A DNA stretch of 64,000 bases from a bacterium (GTDB lineage Bacteria > Zhuqueibacterota > Zhuqueibacteria > Residuimicrobiales > Krinioviventaceae), in contig CAXXFV010000019.1 of NCBI GenBank assembly GCA_963674595.2, positions 1 through 64,000 of the forward strand. The letters run 5' to 3'. This document shows, one piece after another, positions 20,004 through 30,130 of this stretch. Position 1 is the first letter of the stretch. Each line of letters starts with the position of its first letter. The position numbers and the translations under genes were made by a program. A model generated the notes under the pieces. That model was not told the DNA's origin. It made no database searches and saw only the letters and a list, made by a program, of their open reading frames with translations.

Positions 20004-21980
20004 GTGAAATTTACAAAATCACATGGTTTGGTTCTGCTCTTGTTGTTCTGCCAACGTCTTTATTCCGCTGATGTGCCGGATATCGAAAAACTCATTGATG
20101 TTGATTCAGAAAACGATCAAACAGCCTTGATTGAATACCTGACCACAGTTTGTGAAAATCCTTTTAATTTAAATACGGTAACAGTTAATGACCTGCTATC
20201 ACTACCCTGGCTGACCTTGCAACAGGCAAACGATATCATTGCCTACAGGAATAAAAACGGTCCCTTGAAAAAATTTTCAGAGTTGAAAAAAATAAAAAGT
20301 ATTGATGAGGATTTGTACAATATTCTTATTCATTTTGTAATAATTCCGGAAAAAGAAAAACCACCTTCCATCAGAACTCTTGGACGGCATCGTATAATAA
20401 TACCATTTAAACAGGCAAAAGGTTATCAAAACGGAACATATCAGGGAAACGCGTTAAAACTATACAATCGAATATCAATGATCATTACGGATCGCTATAA
20501 ATTCGGCGTTTTAACCGAAAAAGACCCCGGAGAATCAAATTACAACGATTTACTGGCCGGTTATGCTCAAATTATGTTGCCATCGCAAAACGCTGACATT
20601 ATTCTGGGGAATTTTTATTTTGAATCCGGTCAGGGATTGGTTTTTTCCAGCCCCTATCAGCTTAGTAAAGGCAGCGATCCGATACTGCCCGCCCATAAAA
20701 AAAGAAGCGGAAGTCGTCCCTATACACTTTCTGATGAAAATTCAGCCTTGAATGGAATAAGCATTAGAAAAAATGCAGCAAACGTTCAGTTATCATTTTT
20801 TTACAGTTCACAAAACAGAGATGCGACAATAACCCGGGACAGTGTAACAACAATTTTGAACACCGGTCTGCATCAAACGATTACTGACATGGATAAAAAG
20901 AATGCCCTGAACGAAACCCTGATCGGTGCAGAGATTGAAATAAAAACCGGAAAATTTTCATCAATCGGTATGACCTTTCAATCAAGTCAATATGCACTCC
21001 CTATAAATCCGGGTAATGAAATTTTCGATGTATATGATTTTAAAGGAACAACAAATCATGTTTCCGGTATTCATTATACATTTTATTATAATAATCTAAC
21101 ATTATTTGGAGAAGGGGCCTTGTCGAAATCCGACGGAAAAGCTGTTATCCTGGGAGGCCGACTGCAAAAAGGAAAAGCAGGATTTATCTTTCTGTGGCGA
21201 AATTATGATAAAAATTTTCATAATTTTCATGCCGGCTCTTTTGGTACCCGGCAAAATGCACAGGACGAAACCGGTTTTTATACAGGTGTTAAAATTAAAT
21301 TTTCACCCAAGTTATCTCTGGCCTATTACATTGATATCTATAAACACCATTGGTTAACTCAAACAACACACTTGCCGGGCAATGGTTATGATATCATGGC
21401 AATTGCAGAGTTTAAACCTGTGAAGAAATTTTTTATAACGCTTCAGTACAAAACACGACAAAAATATTATTCTGATGCTTTTAGCGATATTTATGGCAAT
21501 ACTTATTACAAAATGGTGACGGATCAATACAACCGTTATCGAATCCAGTTTGACTATACACCTGTCAGAAAAATTTCCCTGCGAACACGGATGGAATGGA
21601 AAAGGGTAAACGGGGAATCTGTTTCAAACGATGAACTAAAAAACAAAGTTTCTACCATGCAATACCAGGAAATTATGTATAACATGTTTTCTGTGTTAAA
21701 ATTTCGGGTCCGTTGGTGCTTATTTGACGCACCACTTTACGAAACACGCTTTTACCAATATGAATATGATCATCCCGGTATGATGACTTTAAAAATGTTA
21801 TACGGGCGCGGTTCACGATTTTATTTAATGGCCGCTCTAAAAATTAAATCAAAAATAAAATTATCCTCAAAATTTTCCTGCACTCATTATACGGACAGAT
21901 ACTTTATTGGCAGCGGTAATAATTCCATTGACAGTAACAGAGAACACCATATTTCATTTCAATTGGATTATAGTTTTTAA
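20004..21980 (+). CDS. Helix-hairpin-helix (ComEA-like) domain outer-membrane protein
   Basis: PFNLNTVTVNDLLSLPWL..IIAYRNKNGPL..ELKKIKSID; EKDPGE; GQGL; beta-strand-rich C-terminus ending in QLDYSF. Confidence 0.8.
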   Translation: MKFTKSHGLVLLLLFCQRLYSADVPDIEKLIDVDSENDQTALIEYLTTVCENPFNLNTVTVNDLLSLPWLTLQQANDIIAYRNKNGPLKKFSELKKIKSIDEDLYNILIHFVIIPEKEKPPSIRTLGRHRIIIPFKQAKGYQNGTYQGNALKLYNRISMIITDRYKFGVLTEKDPGESNYNDLLAGYAQIMLPSQNADIILGNFYFESGQGLVFSSPYQLSKGSDPILPAHKKRSGSRPYTLSDENSALNGISIRKNAANVQLSFFYSSQNRDATITRDSVTTILNTGLHQTITDMDKKNALNETLIGAEIEIKTGKFSSIGMTFQSSQYALPINPGNEIFDVYDFKGTTNHVSGIHYTFYYNNLTLFGEGALSKSDGKAVILGGRLQKGKAGFIFLWRNYDKNFHNFHAGSFGTRQNAQDETGFYTGVKIKFSPKLSLAYYIDIYKHHWLTQTTHLPGNGYDIMAIAEFKPVKKFFITLQYKTRQKYYSDAFSDIYGNTYYKMVTDQYNRYRIQFDYTPVRKISLRTRMEWKRVNGESVSNDELKNKVSTMQYQEIMYNMFSVLKFRVRWCLFDAPLYETRFYQYEYDHPGMMTLKMLYGRGSRFYLMAALKIKSKIKLSSKFSCTHYTDRYFIGSGNNSIDSNREHHISFQLDYSF

Positions 21981-22076
21981 TAATTAATGTCTGGAATTAC
22001 ATATTGAACTTTAAAATATATATAAGTATATTTCATAAACTCTAGAAAAGTATGGACCTCATTTTGTAGAAATAAT

Positions 22077-22610
22077 ATGCTGAAAAAATTTGGACAGAAT
22101 TTAAATCTTCAATGTTTGCGCACTTTACTCAAATTCAAAAAAAACAATGACGTATTAAATATGTTTGAGTGCATACGCAACGCAAAAAAAGTACTTTTAC
22201 TTTATCCAAAAGAAAAAGAATTAACTGACATTATTAAAAAAGATTTTGAAAAATTTAGACAGCATTTTAAAGATGCTGAAATCACAAGAGTTTTGTTTAA
22301 TTATGAGAATACAAAGAAAAAATCAAAAAATAATGTCTTTTATTACCAGGAATCTGACATTACATTTCTGGGAAATTTAAACAAAAAAATAAAAACCGAC
22401 CTTTTAAAAAACAACTATGATATTGTTATTGATCTGAGTTTACCTTTTAACTATATTAATACATATATAGCGATAAAAATAAATGCACCGTTAAAAATCG
22501 GATTTAATCACGAAAAAAGAGATGATTTTTACAATTTTGTAATTCGCCTTGGACAAGACCATAGTATGAATAATGCCCTGCAGGTACTATTTAGATACTT
22601 AAATATATAA
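22077..22610 (+). CDS. Hypothetical protein (DUF6913 / GT9 N-terminal-like)
   Basis: NYDIVIDLS..APLKIGF..DFYNFVI pattern. Confidence 0.55.
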   Translation: MLKKFGQNLNLQCLRTLLKFKKNNDVLNMFECIRNAKKVLLLYPKEKELTDIIKKDFEKFRQHFKDAEITRVLFNYENTKKKSKNNVFYYQESDITFLGNLNKKIKTDLLKNNYDIVIDLSLPFNYINTYIAIKINAPLKIGFNHEKRDDFYNFVIRLGQDHSMNNALQVLFRYLNI

Positions 22611-22712
22611 AAAACAGTTTTATATTTATTTTATTCAAGAATTACAAACCGGCATACAACTTGCAGTTACGGATTTACAACTAAAAATGGGTTCAAAGAA
22701 GCAGAGGAAAAG

Positions 22713-23819
22713 ATGAAAGACCCAAATCAAAATCTCGAAAATTCCGTTGCGAGCAAAAACATAGACAACCTGTATCAAGAAATTGAAAACCTGAATAAAG
22801 TCAATTCAGAATTAAACGAAAAAATAAAAAATCTTGAATTACTGGTTCAGCTTAACTATAACCTTAATCATACTCTTGAAAAAACAGAGATTTTAAATTC
22901 GGTCAAAGATTTTTTTTCGACCTACTTTTACATAGATGAATATTCGTTAATGCTGAAAACAGACTCGGAGGACAAGCTCGAGTTAGTATCTTCACTTGGA
23001 TTACAAAAACCAAACATTTGGGCGCCTATTACACGTAAAAAGTCGGTTCTTAACCGCGCATTTCATCAAAACGAAATCGTCTATGTCCCCGATATCGCAT
23101 CAACAAATCCTGAAATAATAAAAGAACTTGGATGTAAACAATGCGGCAGTCTGTTGACAATCCCGTTATTGCCGGAACCGGGACGTATTATTGGTCTGTT
23201 AAATCTGCATCGCTCCGGGAAAAATGCGTTTCCAGAGCAGGAAATAGAGCAGTTAAAACTGATTTCTCACCAAATTTCTCAAGTTATCGACCGAACAATA
23301 CTGTTCCAAAACTATCAGGAACTTGCCTATAGTGACGGACTCACAGGGGTTTTTAACCGCCGTTATTTTGACCAGCGTTTCAGCCGGGAAATATTACGTG
23401 CACGGCGATATAGTCGTAAACTGTCCATCCTTATGGTTGATATCGACCATTTTAAAAATTTCAATGATACTTTTGGACATTTAATGGGCGACGAAGTTTT
23501 AAAAGTTGTTGCCAAAAATTTGGAAAAAAAACTGAGACGCGCTGATATTGTCTGCAGATACGGCGGTGAAGAATTTGTTATTATCCTGCCTGAAATAAAT
23601 TGTAATCATGCTTCAATTGTTGCCGAAAAATTACGAAGTTCAATCGATGCCTTTCGCTATAAAGACAATAATAACCACGAACACCATATTACAATTTCTA
23701 TTGGTGTTGCCTGTTTTCCTGATCACGGACCTGACATTGAAGGAATAATGGAAAGTGCTGACCAGGCTTTGTATGAAGCAAAAAAATGTGGACGTAATCT
23801 GGTTAGAATTGCCTGTTAA
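22713..23819 (+). CDS. GAF-GGDEF diguanylate cyclase
   Basis: Coiled coil plus GAF; DGLTGVFNRR, DIDHFK, I-site RRAD, active site GGEEF. Confidence 0.93.
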   Translation: MKDPNQNLENSVASKNIDNLYQEIENLNKVNSELNEKIKNLELLVQLNYNLNHTLEKTEILNSVKDFFSTYFYIDEYSLMLKTDSEDKLELVSSLGLQKPNIWAPITRKKSVLNRAFHQNEIVYVPDIASTNPEIIKELGCKQCGSLLTIPLLPEPGRIIGLLNLHRSGKNAFPEQEIEQLKLISHQISQVIDRTILFQNYQELAYSDGLTGVFNRRYFDQRFSREILRARRYSRKLSILMVDIDHFKNFNDTFGHLMGDEVLKVVAKNLEKKLRRADIVCRYGGEEFVIILPEINCNHASIVAEKLRSSIDAFRYKDNNNHEHHITISIGVACFPDHGPDIEGIMESADQALYEAKKCGRNLVRIAC

Positions 23820-23936
23820 ATTCCCTCCTGTATTATCATCTATCAGCTTTTAAAATTATTATTTTGAATTTTAAAATACTATAGTAACTTATAGTATTGA
23901 AAGATAATAATAACCTCTAGATAATACAGGTGAGCC

Positions 23937-25286
23937 ATGAATAAGAAAAAATTCGTTTTTATTTCCTTCATCATCCTATTCTCTTCATTTTGCAATTTAA
24001 TAGCTGAAACACAGCCTTTAAAAGCCGGGGCCGCTTCCGTTAATATCACACCACCTGTTGGCATTATGCAGGGCGGATGGGCAGCCCGAGATAAACCCAG
24101 TGAATCTATTGCAGACGAATTATACGCCAAAGCTCTTGTAATAAGCGACGGCAAAATAACGGTTGCCATTGTTACAATGGATTTGTTAAAAACATATCCG
24201 GATATTACCGACAGTGTTCGCAATATTATTTTTAGAAATACAGGTATCCCTCGTGAAAACATTTTAATGACCGCCTCACATACACACTTTCCGCCTGTAG
24301 TTAAACTAAACGGAACAGGGCCTTATGAAAGTGCTTATGCCCAGGTACTGATCGGTAAACTGGCCGGTGTTGTTCAAATGGCCTATCAAAATATGCAGCC
24401 TGCCTGGATCGGTGCCGGTATGGGTTCGGCCCCTGATTATACATTTAACAGACGGGTCACCCGTGCGGATGGTTCGGTTTTTAATAGCTGGCGTTTTCCG
24501 CAGGATACCACGGGTCTGAAATTCAGCGCAATTGATGACAAGGTCGGTGTTTTAAAGGTAGTGGACGAGCAGAATCAACTCGTTGCCGCTTTAGTGAATT
24601 ATGCCACACACCCGGTTTGCGGAATGCAGGAAATGTATGCGATTTCAGCCGACTATCCCGGTTATCTGGCGAATGTCGTTCAACAAATTGAAGGCGGCAT
24701 CTGCATGTTTGCTTTGGGTACGGCTGGAAATCAGGTCCCGATTGAACGGGAAGGAAACAGCCGGGTTGAAATTGGACGCGGATTAGGCGGGGAAGCGTTA
24801 AAAATCCTGCAGCGTATGCCTGTTTATTCCAACTTTTCCATTGCCGTAAGATCTCATAAATTACACCTCCCAACAAAAAAGAACCTCTTTGTTCAGGAAA
24901 AATTTATTGATCTGGAAATTCAGGTTATTGCACTGGGAGATATTGTTATTGTGGCGCTGCCGGGAGAGATTGTCGTGGAACTGGGTCTTTTGTTAAAAAA
25001 AGAGTGCGGACTGGAAAACATTTTTATCTTTGAATTGTCAAACGGCGGCAATGTCGGTTACATTCTCAGCGAACAAGATTATGCCGACGGAGGATACGAA
25101 GCATTAAACGGCGCTCTTTTACCGGGTTCAGGCGAAAAAATCATCAATAACGCGCTTGAACAGATCAATGAGTTAAAATCTGTTATAAACGCCCCTAAAG
25201 ACCTCAAGCCGGTGCGAAAATCTTCAGGATTTGGTGATTTTTCACAAAAAGGTTATGACCTGACCAAAGAAAAATTGAAAAAATAA
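23937..25286 (+). CDS. Neutral/alkaline ceramidase-like secreted amidohydrolase
   Basis: GAASVNITPP, LYAKALV, ASHTH, NYATHP, ISADYPG, LPGE, GGYE. Confidence 0.8.
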   Translation: MNKKKFVFISFIILFSSFCNLIAETQPLKAGAASVNITPPVGIMQGGWAARDKPSESIADELYAKALVISDGKITVAIVTMDLLKTYPDITDSVRNIIFRNTGIPRENILMTASHTHFPPVVKLNGTGPYESAYAQVLIGKLAGVVQMAYQNMQPAWIGAGMGSAPDYTFNRRVTRADGSVFNSWRFPQDTTGLKFSAIDDKVGVLKVVDEQNQLVAALVNYATHPVCGMQEMYAISADYPGYLANVVQQIEGGICMFALGTAGNQVPIEREGNSRVEIGRGLGGEALKILQRMPVYSNFSIAVRSHKLHLPTKKNLFVQEKFIDLEIQVIALGDIVIVALPGEIVVELGLLLKKECGLENIFIFELSNGGNVGYILSEQDYADGGYEALNGALLPGSGEKIINNALEQINELKSVINAPKDLKPVRKSSGFGDFSQKGYDLTKEKLKK

Positions 25287-25314
25287 TTCTTATACCAGAC
25301 TCTCCCCTTTTCAT

Positions 25315-25348
25315 TTCCCTTATTATCTCTTGACAGATAATAAGGGAA
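25315..25348. terminator. Perfect 14-bp inverted repeat downstream of the ceramidase-like gene
   Basis: TTCCCTTATTATCT-cttgac-AGATAATAAGGGAA; weak U-tract. Confidence 0.45.
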
Positions 25349-25501
25349 TAGCTAATTTATAAGACAGAAAATACTGTTTTTAAATCCATCATCTTACTAA
25401 TAAATTTATCGGCCTTGACAGGATTATTCCTTGAAAATAATAATTGTAGCAAGTATATTATCTGCGAATATTATTTTATAATAATAAACAAGGAGTTTGA
25501 T

Positions 25502-25915
25502 ATGAAAAGAATTTTTCTAATGTTCCTGCCGTTGTTTATACTGGCCGGATGTGCATCAAACGTCCGGTTTACCAAAACAAACGAAGCGTATGTACCGCAA
25601 AAAAAACAAGCTGATTCAAAAATAGTTATCAAACAGGATAAAATTCAGAGACCGCACACCGTCATCGGAATTATTACAGCAGAGCTTGGCAAAAATTCCA
25701 GACGTCCGGAATTAAACGCGCTCATTGTTAAAAAGGCACGTGAAATCGGCGCCGATGGTGTTATGCTGGTTGAATATGATATTGATCGCGATGTTTACAT
25801 AGAACACCATCACGGTGTTGTGGGGCATGGCCCCTGGCGCAGACATGTTGTCAGTTCCCATCCCCGTGCGGTTGTAAAAAAGACCGCCAGTGCCATCGCC
25901 GTTGTGTTTAAATAA
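25502..25915 (+). CDS. Small lipoprotein (YbjQ-like/heavy-metal-binding-like fold possible)
   Basis: AGGAG RBS, lipobox LAGC, KKAREIGADGV motif. Confidence 0.7.
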   Translation: MKRIFLMFLPLFILAGCASNVRFTKTNEAYVPQKKQADSKIVIKQDKIQRPHTVIGIITAELGKNSRRPELNALIVKKAREIGADGVMLVEYDIDRDVYIEHHHGVVGHGPWRRHVVSSHPRAVVKKTASAIAVVFK

Positions 25916-25932
25916 AATTTCAGAGGAGAAAA

Positions 25933-27144
25933 ATGCAAGCAGTACTCATGGTCGCAGGAAAGAGCACACGAACATACCCGTTAACATTAACACGCCCAAA
26001 ACCGCTTTTACCTGTAGCAAATAAATTACTTATCGAACACAGTCTTGACCAAATGACCGGTATTTTTGATAAAGTTGTTCTTATCACCGGCTATAAAAAA
26101 GAGATGATCGAAGAAGCACTGGGCAAGGAATACAAAGGCATTCAACTTGTTTATCAGGAACAGAAAGAACAGTTGGGTACAGGTCATGCGGTCCTTCAGG
26201 CAAAAGAACATATTAAAGGCAAATTTGTCGCTATGAACGGAGACGATCTGTTTGCCCGTGAAGATTTGGAACAGCTTGTAAAGTATGATTATGCCGCCCT
26301 TGTTTTGTGTGTTAAAGATCCGTCACTTTATGGTGTTTATGAGGTTGATGATAAAAACCGGGTCCTGAATTTGGTTGAAAAACCAAAAGAGTATCTGGGT
26401 GACCTGGCTAATATCGGCTGCTATGTATTGCAGGAGGACTTTTTCTCAGAACTGGAAAAAACCCCGAAAAGCATCCGAGGTGAAATTGAAATTACCAGCG
26501 CTATTGCTGCAAAAGCCGAACAAACCGATTTTTTTGTTCATCCCATTACCGGATTTTGGCTGCCCACCGGTTTTGCCTGGGACCTTATAAAACATCAGGA
26601 ATTTTTAATGCAGGACATGACCGAATCCGATATTCAGGGAGAGGTTGAAAATGGCGTTATCATAAAAGGTGCGGTAAAAATCGGTAAAAATACGGTACTG
26701 AAATCCGGTGCTTACATCGAGGGCCCGGTTGTTATTGGTGAAAACTGTACTATCGGCCCCAACTGTTTCATACGAAATTTCACCTCCATTGGTGACAATT
26801 GCCGTATTGGCCAGGCTGTGGAAATTAAAAATTCCGTGATTATGCAAAACACCAACATCTGTCACATGGCCTATATCGGAGACAGTGTTGTCGGCCAGGA
26901 TTGTAATATAGGCGCCGGTACCATAACGGCGAATTTCCGTCATGATGGAGAATTAGTAAAATCAAAAATCAAAAACAACCTTGTATCTACACAGCGAAAC
27001 AAAATGGGTGCTATCTTTTCAGACGGTGTTCATACCGGCATCCATACCTCTGTTTATCCGGGACGAAAAATATGGCCGAACATGCACACCCTGCCGGGCC
27101 AGGTTGTGGATAAGGATATTATGCCGAACTCTTTTGTCTGGTGA
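25933..27144 (+). CDS. Bifunctional sugar-1-phosphate nucleotidylyltransferase/acetyltransferase (archaeal GlmU-type)
   Basis: AGKSTRTYPLTLTRPKPLL, QKEQLGTGHA, NGDD, VEKP, RGEIEIT, hexapeptide repeats, YIGDSV, GAGTITANFRHD. Confidence 0.85.
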   Translation: MQAVLMVAGKSTRTYPLTLTRPKPLLPVANKLLIEHSLDQMTGIFDKVVLITGYKKEMIEEALGKEYKGIQLVYQEQKEQLGTGHAVLQAKEHIKGKFVAMNGDDLFAREDLEQLVKYDYAALVLCVKDPSLYGVYEVDDKNRVLNLVEKPKEYLGDLANIGCYVLQEDFFSELEKTPKSIRGEIEITSAIAAKAEQTDFFVHPITGFWLPTGFAWDLIKHQEFLMQDMTESDIQGEVENGVIIKGAVKIGKNTVLKSGAYIEGPVVIGENCTIGPNCFIRNFTSIGDNCRIGQAVEIKNSVIMQNTNICHMAYIGDSVVGQDCNIGAGTITANFRHDGELVKSKIKNNLVSTQRNKMGAIFSDGVHTGIHTSVYPGRKIWPNMHTLPGQVVDKDIMPNSFVW

Positions 27145-27169
27145 TTCGGTCTGATTCATAAAATGATAG

Positions 27170-27207
27170 GGCTAATATCACAGGTTTGATATTAGCCTTT
27201 TTGTTTT
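27170..27207 (+). terminator. Rho-independent terminator
   Basis: GGCTAATATCA-caggtt-TGATATTAGCC followed by TTTTTGTTTT. Confidence 0.75.
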
Positions 27208-27251
27208 CATTATACATCTGGTCTGATTTTTTTGAAATGAAAGGTTCAGCA

Positions 27252-30032
27252 ATGAAACGATTGTTACTCGTCATCGTTACTTTATTATTCTCCGGCCTGG
27301 TAATTTTTTCCTGTGCGCTGCAGGACGAAACCGGATGGCCTGAGATAAAAAAAGAGAATAAACCGTGGAGTTACTGGTGGTGGATGGGAAGCGCTGTTGA
27401 CAAGGAAAATTTGACCCATCTTTTAACAGAATACCACAAAGCAGGACTTGGCGGGGTGCATATTATACCCATTTACGGTGTTAAGGGTTATGAAAACAGT
27501 TTCATTGATTATTTGTCCCCCAAATGGATGGATATGCTGGCGCACACGACTCTGGAAGCTGACCGGTTAGGCATGGGTGTTGACATGACCCCAGGCACGG
27601 GTTGGCCCTATGGTGGTCCCCATATTACACCCGATTACGCTGCCCGACACGTCATTTTTAAACATTATGAAATACTTGATGGTGAGCAATTAACAGAACC
27701 AATTGTCTGTAATGATGAAAAATATGGTGAAAAAGCGCCGCTGATAACAGTTATGGCTTTTGATGATAAAGGACAAATCAAAGATGTTTCTGAATACGTA
27801 AATTCAAACGGTGTGTTAAACTGGACGACAGACGGCAAATGGGATATTTATGCCGTTTTTGCCGGCTGGACCAATCAAAATGTAAAACGGGCCGCACCCG
27901 GTGCAAAAGGAAAGGTAATGAACTATTTTTCCAAAGAGGCCCTGTCGTTTTATTTATCAGCATTTGATTCTGCCTTTGCAAATTACAAGGGAGGAAAAAT
28001 ACGTGCGTTTTATAACGATTCCTATGAGGTTTACAATGCTGACTGGAGCGTTGATTTTTTCAAAAGTTTTGAAAAACTGCGAGGATATGATCTTAAATTA
28101 CATTTACCGGCGCTGCTGGGACATGGTGATATAGACAAGGTAAAACGGTTAAAAAGCGATTACAGGGAAACGATTTCTGATTTATTACTGAAAGAATTTT
28201 CCGAACCCTGGGTGCAATGGTGTCATAACAAAAAAGCATTGACCCGAAACCAGGCCCACGGTTCACCGGGTAATTTGCTGGACTTGTATGCAGCGGCCGA
28301 TATTCCTGAAACGGAAATATTCGGCCCCAGCAGGTTTAATATTCCCGGACTGCGTGTTGATGATGATTTCCCCAAAGATCAAAACGTCCCGGATCCTTTG
28401 ATGCTCAAATTTGCCTCATCCGCCGCCCATGTCACCGGGAAAAACCTGGTTTCTTCGGAAACCTGCACCTGGCTCGGTGAACATTTCAAAGTTGCCTTGT
28501 CACAGGCCAAACCTGAAATCGACCAGTTATGGATTTCCGGTATTAATCATATCTTTTTTCACGGCATCGCCTATTCCCCGCAGCAGGTACAATGGCCGGG
28601 TTGGTTGTTTTATGCATCCACCAATTTCGGACCATCAAACAGCTTTTGGAACGATATTGGCTATTTTAACGATTATATCACACGGTCACAATCCTTTTTG
28701 CAGTCCGGCAAACCGGACAATGACATTTTACTCTATTTCCCTGTCCATGATATCTGGCATGACAGCGAAGGCCTGCTCTACCAAATGACGGTCCACAAGA
28801 TTTCAAAATGGTTGTGGAACAGACCTTTTTACAATATGGCCAAAGAGCTGTGGAATAACGGATATTGTTTTGATTATATATCTGACAGGCAGATTAAAAA
28901 CCTGTCCGTTTACAATGGCAACCTGTTGTCGGCTGGTTTACAGTATAAAACAATCCTTGTCCCGGAATGTGAATACATGCCGCTCGAAACACTGGACAAA
29001 CTGGAAAAGCTGGCTGAAAAAGGGGCTCGTATTGTTTTCCAGAAAAACCTGCCGTTAGATGTTCCCGGTTTTGCTGATCTTGCAAACAAAAGGGTAACGT
29101 TCAACAGCCTAAAAAAACAATTGCAAAATGTTGGAGAGAATGTCGTTATTCAGGATTCCGTACGAGAAGTATTATCCACTGTAAGCAAAGAATCTTTTAA
29201 AGACCTTGGTCTTGATTTTATCCGGCGATCACACAAAAACGGACATGTCTATTTTATCACTAATCTCACACCCAATGCCGTTAATTCCTGGTGTCCATTG
29301 GGCGTTCAGGCAAAATCGGCCATTATGTTCGACAGCCGTTTAATGCAGAAAGGAAAAGCAGCGTTTAAGAAAAATGATAAGGCACAATGTTCGGTTTATT
29401 TGCAGTTGCAGCCCGGTGAATCCTGTATATTAAAGACCTTTCAGGATGACATTCAGGAACCGGACTGGATGTATACACAGCCATCCGAGTCAGCCGTTAC
29501 TCTGACAGGTGAATGGAGCATCGAATTTATTCAGGGCGGTCCGCAGCTTCCAAAAGCGGACACATTGGGCCGGCTTGTCTGCTGGACAAAATTAGCCGAC
29601 AGCACCGCTCATTCCTATGCCGGTTCAGCAAAATATACACTTTATTTTGATAAACCGGCTATGCAGCCGGAAGCCTGGGCCATTGATCTGGGACAGGTGT
29701 TTGAAAGCGCTCGAATTACTTTAAACGATGAATTTGCAGGCGCTTTGTGGAGTTTTCCCTATAACATGACTTTAAATACACCTCTTAAAGAGAGTACGAA
29801 TAAGCTGGAAATTACAGTTACAAACTTATCGGCAAACCGAATTGCCGACCTGGACCGTCAGGGTGTAAACTGGAAAAAGTTTTATGATATTAATTATGTC
29901 AATATTAAATACAAACCCTTTGATGCCTCACAATGGGAGCCATTTCCCTCCGGTTTAATCGGACCGGTAAAACTGGTCCCTTTGAAAAAATTACAGTTTA
30001 ATGATCAAATACCGATTCAACACGCGGACTAG
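27252..30032 (+). CDS. Glycoside hydrolase family 106-like lipoprotein (alpha-L-rhamnosidase-like)
   Basis: KPWSYWWWMGSAVD, GLGGVHIIPIYG, FYNDSYE, RNQAHGSPGN, SSETCTW, SGLIGPV; lipoprotein-like FSC. Confidence 0.85.
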   Translation: MKRLLLVIVTLLFSGLVIFSCALQDETGWPEIKKENKPWSYWWWMGSAVDKENLTHLLTEYHKAGLGGVHIIPIYGVKGYENSFIDYLSPKWMDMLAHTTLEADRLGMGVDMTPGTGWPYGGPHITPDYAARHVIFKHYEILDGEQLTEPIVCNDEKYGEKAPLITVMAFDDKGQIKDVSEYVNSNGVLNWTTDGKWDIYAVFAGWTNQNVKRAAPGAKGKVMNYFSKEALSFYLSAFDSAFANYKGGKIRAFYNDSYEVYNADWSVDFFKSFEKLRGYDLKLHLPALLGHGDIDKVKRLKSDYRETISDLLLKEFSEPWVQWCHNKKALTRNQAHGSPGNLLDLYAAADIPETEIFGPSRFNIPGLRVDDDFPKDQNVPDPLMLKFASSAAHVTGKNLVSSETCTWLGEHFKVALSQAKPEIDQLWISGINHIFFHGIAYSPQQVQWPGWLFYASTNFGPSNSFWNDIGYFNDYITRSQSFLQSGKPDNDILLYFPVHDIWHDSEGLLYQMTVHKISKWLWNRPFYNMAKELWNNGYCFDYISDRQIKNLSVYNGNLLSAGLQYKTILVPECEYMPLETLDKLEKLAEKGARIVFQKNLPLDVPGFADLANKRVTFNSLKKQLQNVGENVVIQDSVREVLSTVSKESFKDLGLDFIRRSHKNGHVYFITNLTPNAVNSWCPLGVQAKSAIMFDSRLMQKGKAAFKKNDKAQCSVYLQLQPGESCILKTFQDDIQEPDWMYTQPSESAVTLTGEWSIEFIQGGPQLPKADTLGRLVCWTKLADSTAHSYAGSAKYTLYFDKPAMQPEAWAIDLGQVFESARITLNDEFAGALWSFPYNMTLNTPLKESTNKLEITVTNLSANRIADLDRQGVNWKKFYDINYVNIKYKPFDASQWEPFPSGLIGPVKLVPLKKLQFNDQIPIQHAD

Positions 30033-30130
30033 AATTTTCAGACTGGCATTATTCAAAAAAAGCTTTTATATTAAACGATTGAAAATGAATATTAGATATA
30101 TTTTAAATACTTACAGGAGAGATATAACCC

